64,000 nucleotides of DNA from Myxococcales bacterium (lineage in GTDB: Bacteria; Myxococcota_A; UBA9042; JABWCM01; BTVJ01): positions 98,871-162,870 of the forward strand of contig BTVJ01000010.1 in the NCBI GenBank assembly GCA_045863395.1, written 5' to 3'. Position numbers and translations under genes: made by a program. Positions 57,219 to 64,000 of the stretch are shown in pieces (position 1 is the first letter of the stretch; each line of letters begins with the position of its first letter). The notes beneath the pieces are model-generated. The model did no database searches, was not told where the DNA came from, and was given only the letters and a program-made list of their open reading frames with translations.

Positions 57219-58390
57219 TGGGCGGGCTCCCCCGGCAGGCGGGGCTCTACATCCACTTCCCGTTCTGCCGCAAGCGCTGCCACTACTGCGACTTCAACAC
57301 GTATGCGGTGCCGGAGATCCCCGCCGAGCCGTACACGCGGGCGGTGCTGCGGGAGCTCGAGGAGAGGCGGGGCGAGCTGGGCGAGGCGCGCCTGGTCAGC
57401 GTGTTCTTCGGGGGTGGGACGCCGGGGCTGTGGGGGGCCGGGGCGGTCGGGAGGGTGCTCCGGGCGGTGGAGGGGGCGTTCGGGGGTGTGGACGCGCTGG
57501 AGGTGACCATCGAGGTCAACCCGGGGGAGTGCGACGAGGCGATGCTGCGCGCGTATCGGGAGGTCGGGGTCAACCGGGTCAGCTTCGGGGTTCAGTCCCT
57601 CGACGACACGCTCCTCCTGGCCATGGACCGGATCCACACGGCGGACGAGGCCCGGGAGGCTCTGAGGGCGGTCGGGCGGGCGGGGTTTCGCCGCTGGAGC
57701 TGCGACCTGATGTTCGGGCTGCCGGGGCAGACGATCACGCGGTGGGAGCGGGACCTGGCGGAGGTCGTCGCGCTGGGGGCGAGCCACGTCTCGGCCTACA
57801 ACCTGATGGTGGAGGAGGGGACGCCGCTGGCGCGCTTCGTGCGGGACGGCAAAGTGCGCTTGCCGCCCGAGTCCCGCCAGGTGCGCATGCTGGAGCGGGC
57901 GGTCGCGGTGCTGGGGGACGCTGGGCTGGGGAGATACGAGATCAGCAACTTCGCGCGCCCGGGTGAGGAGAGCGTACACAACCTGCTCTACTGGACGGGG
58001 CGGCCTTACTTGGGGATCGGGGCGGGGGCGCACAGCTTCGTGCCGGGTGTGGGGGTTGGGAATCTCGCGAGTCTCGGGAGACGCAGCACCAACGTGCGGA
58101 AGTTCGGCGAGTACATGGACGCGGTGGGTCGGACGGGGGTGGCGATCACATTCTCGGAAGACATCGACCCGGAGACTCACGTCCGAGAGCGGCTGATGAC
58201 GGGGCTGCGGCTCGACCGGGGGCTCGACGTGGAGGACGTGCTAGCCGTGACCGGAATCGACGTGCGGGAGCGATTTGAGAGGGTGCTTCGCGGACTGATT
58301 CGGGACGGGCTGGTTGTGGATGATGGGAGGCTGCGCCTGACACCGCAGGCGGTGGCGGTGTCAGACTCGGTGTTTCGCCGGTTCTTCTGA
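57218..58390 (+). CDS. hemW: Radical SAM heme chaperone HemW
   Basis: LYIHFPFCRKRCHYCDFN, FFGGGTP, YEISNFA and HNLLYW. Confidence 0.93.
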   Translation: MGGLPRQAGLYIHFPFCRKRCHYCDFNTYAVPEIPAEPYTRAVLRELEERRGELGEARLVSVFFGGGTPGLWGAGAVGRVLRAVEGAFGGVDALEVTIEVNPGECDEAMLRAYREVGVNRVSFGVQSLDDTLLLAMDRIHTADEAREALRAVGRAGFRRWSCDLMFGLPGQTITRWERDLAEVVALGASHVSAYNLMVEEGTPLARFVRDGKVRLPPESRQVRMLERAVAVLGDAGLGRYEISNFARPGEESVHNLLYWTGRPYLGIGAGAHSFVPGVGVGNLASLGRRSTNVRKFGEYMDAVGRTGVAITFSEDIDPETHVRERLMTGLRLDRGLDVEDVLAVTGIDVRERFERVLRGLIRDGLVVDDGRLRLTPQAVAVSDSVFRRFF

Positions 58391-58417
58391 CCGTGATTCG
58401 CGGGGGTGCTGGCTGGG

Positions 58418-58951
58418 CTACTTGGGCGCCGGCATGTCACCCCACCCGGCCTCCATCATGGTCTTGCCCTTCCACTTGCCGTCGACCCGCGTCAGGATCA
58501 CGTGGTTGTTGAACTTCGCCTTCTCCTTCCCGATGGTCATGGAGAGGGCCCCCTCGCAGGACGCGAGATCGTCGGACATCAGGAAGCACTTGTACTTGGA
58601 CGTCATCTTCATGTCCTTCATCGCGTCCGGGTCCATGAAGGGCTGCATCATGGCGATCCACTGGGCCCGGTCGAGCTGCATCATGCCGAACTTCCCCGCC
58701 ATGTTGTCGGACATCATGATGACGGGGAAGTCGATCATGTCGGCCATGCCCTCCACGTCGCACTTCATGCCGAGGGCCTCGTTTTTCTTGAACCACTCGG
58801 CGAGCTCCTTCTGCGTGGCCGCTTCGTTGGTCACGGTCTTGGCCATGGGACCCATCTTCGTCATGTCGGGCGCACCCTCGGGCGGGGCGTCCTGGGCCTG
58901 CGCCGGGGCGGCGAGGGCGAGCGCTGCTGCGATGACTGCACATCGGATCAT
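58418..58951 (-). CDS. Secreted SnoaL/NTF2-like Met-rich protein
   Basis: Signal peptide ending AQA-Q, GAGGA RBS and C-terminal LTRVDGKWK. Confidence 0.7.
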   Translation of the reverse strand: MIRCAVIAAALALAAPAQAQDAPPEGAPDMTKMGPMAKTVTNEAATQKELAEWFKKNEALGMKCDVEGMADMIDFPVIMMSDNMAGKFGMMQLDRAQWIAMMQPFMDPDAMKDMKMTSKYKCFLMSDDLASCEGALSMTIGKEKAKFNNHVILTRVDGKWKGKTMMEAGWGDMPAPK

Positions 58952-59056
58952 GGGGAGTCCTCCTCTCGTGAGGGTGTGTGGGCGCGACTGTCGCGTCGGG
59001 CCCGATGATGGATCGAGACGGGGGTGGAGCGCAACCGGGTGCAGAGGTTCGCAGGG

Positions 59057-61363
59057 CTATCTCTTGAAGAAGCGCCGCCAGACGACCACGGCGAGATACA
59101 GCGGCGCATGCAGGACGGCCCCGAGGCTCAGGCCGAGGCTGGTGGCGACGTGGAGGCCCAGCGCCTCGCGGAAGGGGTCGTCGTCCACGAGGTAGGTCCA
59201 GGTGGAGGAGGGGCCCGCGGGGACGGCGGTGGGGTCTGCGGTTTGTGCGACGGCGGTCTCCAGGTCGCCCATCAGCACATCGAACGCCTCGGCCACGGCG
59301 CGCATGAAGGAGTCCAGGGGGTCGCGGCCGGCGAAGCGGACCAGATAGATCCCCTCCCGCAGCTCGTCCACGGCGGCCAGGTGGTCGGCCCAGAGGCGGT
59401 CGAGGCAGGCGGCGACGTGCGGCTGCGGTGGGGTCGCGTCCAGCGCGGCGTCGCGGCGCTCGCGGACGACGCGGCGCTGCGCCTCGACGATGGACGAGTA
59501 GCGCCACAGCGTGTGCCGCATGTCGAAGCCCTGCCCCTCGATGACACGCTGTGCCTGGTCGATGCGCCGCCGCACGAGCGGGTCGCCGACGGGGGCGAGC
59601 TGGTGGCGACGGGCGCGGCGCGGGAGGAGCTCATCGACGGAGTACCGGACGATGAGGTCGTCCTCCAGCGAGATGAAGAAGCGTGAGGTCCCCGGGTCCC
59701 CCTGGCGCCCTGCGCGGCCCCGGAGCTGCCGGTCGATGCGCCGGCTCTCGTGGCGGCTCGTGCCGATGACGTACAGGCCCCCGAGCGCCGCGACCCGCGC
59801 CCGCTCGCGCTCGTCGGCGCCCCCGAGGCGGATGTCGGTGCCACGCCCCGCCATGTTTGTAGAGATGGTGACGGCGCCGATGGCCCCGGCCTCGGCGACG
59901 ATGCGCGCCTCGAGTGAGTCCGTCTTGGCGTTGAGCACGGCGCACGGAATCCCCCCGGCGGTGAGGCGCTGCGCCAGGGACTCGGAGTCTCGAACGCTGG
60001 CCGTGCCGACGAGGACGGGGCGCCCGCGGGCGGCGCGAATCTCTGCGACGACCGCCAGATCCCGGGCCTCGCGGTGAGTGTAGACGAGGTCTGGCAGATC
60101 CTCGCGGATGCACGGCCTGTTTGGGGGAAGGACCACCACGTCCAGGCCGTAGAGCTCCATGAGCTCGTCCTCGGCGGGCCGAGCGGTGGCGGTCATGCCG
60201 GAGAGGTGGGCGTAGGACGCGACGAAGTGCTGGATGGTGATCTGCCCGAGGACGCGGCCTTCGCGGCGAAAGCGCAGCCCCTCCTTGGCCTCCAGCGCGG
60301 TCTGGAGCCCGTCGGGCCAGCGGCGGTCCTCCACGACGCGGCCGGTGAACTCGTCCACCTGCACGATGGCGCCATCGCGGACGATGTAGTCCACGTCGCG
60401 CCGCAGCAGGTTTTCGGCGTGCAGCGCCAGATTGACCTCGGTGAGCCACCGAAGGTTGTCCGGCTCCTCGAGGCTGCCACACCCGAGAGCGGCCTCGACC
60501 CGCGCCATGCCGGCCTCGGTGAGGGACACGTTGAGACCCGCGGGGTCGGCCACGTAGTCCAGGGCTGGGTCGAGACTCCGCACGAGCGCCGCCACGCGGG
60601 TCGCGCTGTGGGCGCGCTCCTCGCGGTCTCCGGCGATGACCAGCGGGATGCGCGCCTCGTCGATCAACAGGGAGTCCGCCTCGTCGACGATGGCCACGTC
60701 GAAGCCGCGGTGGACGCGGTCTGTCGAGGTGGCGCAGAGGCCGTCCCGGAGGTGGTCGAAGCCCGCCTCCTTGGCGGTCACGTAGGTGACGTCGGCGCCG
60801 TAGGCGGCCCGGCGCTCGTGCGGAGAGAGGCCCGCGTGCACGGCGGCGACGTCCACCCCGAGGAAGTCGTAGAGCGGGCCCATCCATACGGCGTCGCGGC
60901 GGGCCAGGTAGTCGTTGAAGGTGAGCACATGGGTCCGGCGTCCGCTCAGGGCGGCGTGGACGGCGGCGAGAGCGGCGACGAGGGTCTTCCCCTCCCCGGT
61001 CTCCATCTCGAGGACGCGCCCCTCGATGAGCACCATGGCCCCGACGAGCTGCACGTCGAAGGGTCGCATGCCCAGCGTCCGGCGCGCCACCTCGGCGGCG
61101 AGGGCAAGGATCTGTGGGGGGGATGCGGCGCGGAGGCGCTCGGCGTGGGCGCGGAGGCGCTCGGCGTGGGCGCGGAGGCGCTCGGCGTGGGCGCGGAGCG
61201 CAGCGTCGGGCGCGCCGAGGAGCTGCGTCTCCAGGGCGCGCGCCGCAGCGAGGCGCCCGAGGTAGGGGGTCGGGTCAAAGGTCAGGGGGCGAGCCCGCAC
61301 ACGGTCCAGCAGCCGGCCGAAGGGGCCGGGCGCGTCGCGGGCGCGGCCGATGGATGGCGTCAT
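59057..61363 (-). CDS. secA2: Accessory SecA2-type translocase ATPase (768 aa)
   Basis: EMETGEGKT, NDYLARRD, IVDEADS, VDEFTGR, STNMAGRGTDI and QLRGRAGRQGDPG. Short C-terminus with PSSTWTYLV and no Zn-binding SEC-C tail. GAGGAG precedes the ATG at 61363. Confidence 0.88.
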   Translation of the reverse strand: MTPSIGRARDAPGPFGRLLDRVRARPLTFDPTPYLGRLAAARALETQLLGAPDAALRAHAERLRAHAERLRAHAERLRAASPPQILALAAEVARRTLGMRPFDVQLVGAMVLIEGRVLEMETGEGKTLVAALAAVHAALSGRRTHVLTFNDYLARRDAVWMGPLYDFLGVDVAAVHAGLSPHERRAAYGADVTYVTAKEAGFDHLRDGLCATSTDRVHRGFDVAIVDEADSLLIDEARIPLVIAGDREERAHSATRVAALVRSLDPALDYVADPAGLNVSLTEAGMARVEAALGCGSLEEPDNLRWLTEVNLALHAENLLRRDVDYIVRDGAIVQVDEFTGRVVEDRRWPDGLQTALEAKEGLRFRREGRVLGQITIQHFVASYAHLSGMTATARPAEDELMELYGLDVVVLPPNRPCIREDLPDLVYTHREARDLAVVAEIRAARGRPVLVGTASVRDSESLAQRLTAGGIPCAVLNAKTDSLEARIVAEAGAIGAVTISTNMAGRGTDIRLGGADERERARVAALGGLYVIGTSRHESRRIDRQLRGRAGRQGDPGTSRFFISLEDDLIVRYSVDELLPRRARRHQLAPVGDPLVRRRIDQAQRVIEGQGFDMRHTLWRYSSIVEAQRRVVRERRDAALDATPPQPHVAACLDRLWADHLAAVDELREGIYLVRFAGRDPLDSFMRAVAEAFDVLMGDLETAVAQTADPTAVPAGPSSTWTYLVDDDPFREALGLHVATSLGLSLGAVLHAPLYLAVVVWRRFFKR
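61127..61198. repeat. In-frame 21-bp tandem repeat in secA2 (LRAHAER x3)
   Basis: GCGCGGAGGCGCTCGGCGTGG at 61128, 61149 and 61170, plus a partial copy at 61191. Confidence 0.95.
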
Positions 61364-61440
61364 GCTCCTCCCAGGGCGCTCCAGGGCGTCCCGGGTGTAC
61401 CATAGCACCAGGGATGGGACGGAGCACCCTGGAGCGGAGG

Positions 61441-61791
61441 TCAGGCCGGAGTCTCCTCCGTGGGGCGGCTTCGGCGAATGGAGCGCTTGAAGCGAGTGAG
61501 CTCCTTCATGATGATCGGGTCCTTGCGGAAGGCCCCCCGGGCGGCGTTCAGGGCAGCGGCGAAGCGGCTGTACCGAGCCTCCTGATCCCGGATGAAGGTC
61601 TCCCGCACGCGGGTGTACTCCAGCTCCAGGAGGTCGTGCTGAGTCCGCTGCTCACGCTGCGCGGGGGCGTCCGCCAGCAGCGTCGCCGTCTCGACACCGG
61701 AGAAGCTCCACCCCTTGGCCTTGAAGAGGTCAGCGAACGCCGCCAGGTCGTCGTCGAACGTCTTCGGAGGAAAGGACACCTTCTTGGCCAT
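61441..61791 (-). CDS. Orphan small predicted alpha-helical protein (116 aa) with a basic C-terminus
   Basis: GGGAG precedes the ATG at 61791, and codons are GC3-rich. MAKKVSFPPKTFDDDL...AAALNAARGAFRKDPIIMKELTRFKRSIRRSRP. Confidence 0.75.
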   Translation of the reverse strand: MAKKVSFPPKTFDDDLAAFADLFKAKGWSFSGVETATLLADAPAQREQRTQHDLLELEYTRVRETFIRDQEARYSRFAAALNAARGAFRKDPIIMKELTRFKRSIRRSRPTEETPA

Positions 61792-61966
61792 CTCCTGCTC
61801 CCACTGCGGAGGCTGCACGCGGCGAGGCAACTTGCCTCACCGCAACTGCGATGCCATTTGTTCGCTACGGCAGGATCGGTCGACCGACTGGGGTCAACAT
61901 CGGGGTTGGCTTCTCTGCTGGCGTCGGTGGCGCCGTGGTGATTGTTGGATCGGAGCTGGTCCCTTG

Positions 61967-62313
61967 TGCATTGCGTCTGGTACGTGATTCCATGTGACTG
62001 CATGTATGCTGCATTCGTTTGGCATCATCGGTGCATCCACGATGCATATCGGCTGGTATTCAGTGGTATGCGCCTGTATTTGCGGTACACCGCTATGCAT
62101 CGTCGATGGTAGTGTCTTGCACTTGCGCTGTGTGGCAATTGCTGTCGATGTGCTCTGTGCAGCTCTCTTGCGGTATGTCGCGTGCATTGGCCTTGATTTG
62201 TACATGCCACCATGCTGCTGGGCGCATCCGAGTCGGTGCTGCTCGCTCTGGTGTGAGTGTTTCGTGCTGTCGCCGACTTGCTCCTCGCTGCTGCCTGTGT
62301 TGAACACCTTGCA
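61967..62313. repeat. Lower-GC tract with a short motif in ~10.7-bp (helical) phase
   Basis: TGCA/GGTA/GGCA/TGTA/TCCA at 61967, 61979, 61989, 61999, 62010, 62021, 62032, 62043, 62055, 62065, 62075, 62084, 62096, 62108 and 62118. A looser TGCT/TGCA phase continues at 62140, 62151, 62172, 62183, 62205, 62216, 62237, 62279, 62289 and 62310. Confidence 0.7.
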
Positions 62314-62339
62314 TCGCGACGCTCGAGGACGGCGGCGGG

Positions 62340-62440
62340 ACCTCAGCGTCGTCCATCGGCCTCAACCTCGCCGAGGCGGCGGTGGCGCACTCTCGGGGGA
62401 CAGCGGCTGCTGTCGACCTGTTGGGGAGCGCTGGAGTGGC
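62340..62440 (+). pseudogene. Possible degraded fragment of a four-helix-bundle (23S IVS/Avd-like) protein
   Basis: One frame reads SASSIGLNLAEAA...AAAVDLL, resembling the family motif S[IV].LN[IL]AEG...A.[LV]D. There is no start codon and the match is short. Confidence 0.3.
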
Positions 62441-64000
62441 GTACACGCGGGCAGGTCGAGCAGGGGCGCGGAGCACGGCGCGCGGCCGCAGCACCCCCGC
62501 AGTGAGCGCCAGAGACGCAGGTAGCGGTGCCACGCGCGACCATGGCAGTCGGTAGTCAAGCGGCGCGGCTGTGCCCGGGTGGCTGCGTGCGGCCATGGAA
62601 GCAGTGCGAACTGGAGTGAACGACGATTCCTCTCTCTCACCGGTTTCCTTTTCGCTAGACACGCCCAACCCGCTTCCCTTATCGTCGCCAAGTGCAATGA
62701 GGAGAGGCGCCCAAGTGGCACCCACGACGTCGGCATCAAGGAGCTGCCCGACCCAGGGGGACGCAGAAGTGACGCGACCGCGAGCCTCACACCGTTCCAG
62801 GCACCGCGACGGCCGACCACCCTCGCGTCGAGACAGGGTGTCGTGCAGGACTCGCCGTGGTGCTTGCCGCCAGCGACCGCCGGGCCTCATGAGCCTCAGG
62901 CCGCCGTGGGAGCGCGACGGTTCGGGCGACGGCGGCGTGGGTGGAAGCCAGCGCTCCTGCCCAACGTGCGTCAGAGACGCCCCGCGATGTCGATCAGCAG
63001 CGACCGTGTGCCCGGCCGCCAGCGCCCACGCCCGGGCAGAGGTACGGCGCCTCACGGCACCCCGGAACGTATCGTGTCTGGGCCCTGGGAGAGTGGGTGC
63101 CTCGGTGCGCCGGGACTCCTCCGGGCGGGGCGCCCAAACTCCCTCGGACAATGCGCTTCGGCCGGCCGCCGCGAGGACGACCAGCGAGCATCGCGGTAGC
63201 CCCGCTGCGCACATCGCGGTACAACAACCCGAGGAGCCCCCGGGCAATCACTGCGGCGCGGCAGTACAAGTCCTACACCGAGGCTCCTCCGGGAAGATGC
63301 CCGGTCTGCGGACTGCAGCCATCGCCGGCGGCGCGTCGGGCGTATGGACGAAGGCCTCAACCACGACGAACCGCGAGGACCCCGACTCGAGCATCATCGC
63401 AGTGGAAGCCACAGAACCCCCGGCCAACCACTGCGACCCGGCAGCACAAGCACCATGCGCGTGCCACCCGACCAGCTCGTCGCGGCAGCCGCACGCCGCG
63501 CTTGGAGTGGTCGCCTCGGTCGAAACGCGCCACGCCGCGGCCACCGAAAACGGCGACGAACGCAATCGCGCCGCCAGCTACGACGCAGCACGACCAACGC
63601 GGCCCCGACGCGACGGCCGCCGTCCCGCAGCACAGACGTCAACCGGAGGTCCGGGGTCACCTGGGCGGCAGTCCCCAACGCCCCGGACCGACAGCCAGAG
63701 CGCGACCGCCCCGAGGAGCATCTCGAGTGGGCGCCCGACCGCACCGGAAGAGGAGGCGCACCGTCCTTGGGGTAACGCTGACGCTCACGAACCTCGGGCG
63801 TCGGTTTGCACTGCAAGCTCGCAGCCCCCGCTCCTCCCGCGACCCCACCGGAGTGACCGCCCTTCCCAAGCTGCACGGGCCCCGCAGCGCACAGCCCACG
63901 GCGCACACCGATTTGGTTCTACTGCGGGGGGCGCAGCATATAGCATAGTTCGGTCCCTAACCGCGACGGAATGGTGGCGTTGCGACATACCGCGCTTCGG

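Noticed and set aside
61127..61198. Common origin of the secA2 21-mer and the 21-mer at 1368
   Set aside because: They share GGCGTGGG but only about 12 of 21 positions ungapped, which is plausible by chance at this GC content.
61894..62524. Cys/His-rich ORFs over the periodic tract
   Set aside because: Codon usage is unlike the host and I saw no clear RBS. The composition follows from the TGCA/TGCT motif ladder. Translation is not formally excluded.
1..64000. tRNA, rRNA or riboswitch genes
   Set aside because: No T-loop/cloverleaf, rRNA-like tract or recognisable riboswitch consensus was seen. An Infernal scan would be needed to exclude them.

Overview
High-GC bacterial chromosome segment. 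Cys-rich lipoproteins, a Hanks-type kinase, a MoxR/vWA operon and a CarH-type regulator suggest a Myxococcota/deltaproteobacterial origin (inference). The left end (0-6.5 kb) is a decayed defence/mobility hotspot. It holds a 3' fragment of type I-G csb2, a ~330-bp 21-bp-periodic array upstream of an orphan helical gene, a frameshifted and truncated HD-helicase cas3, a possible IS21-like end, and a DUF222-like/HNH nuclease with internal palindromic repeats. The middle holds crtI-crtB with a divergent CarH-type regulator, a kinase-SLT-MoxR-DUF58-vWA run, a giant Cys-rich lipoprotein, and two tandem ~1,410-aa fibre-like paralogues that each carry six copies of an unrecognised ~130-aa domain. Housekeeping genes follow (M20 peptidase, HU, scoAB, CPBP protease, ruvX, mltG, SLC13, thpR, Omp85-like, DAGK-like, hemW, accessory SecA2). 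At the right end is a second orphan helical gene preceded by a ~345-bp lower-GC tract with a short motif recurring every ~10.7 bp. The best candidate for an undescribed system is this layout, seen twice: a helically phased DNA array of ~340 bp, a ~180-200-bp gap, then a small orphan alpha-helical gene, with a 5'-truncated gene remnant at the far end of the array. I found no CRISPR array, tRNA or rRNA. All family calls come from motif recognition by eye; no database searches were run.
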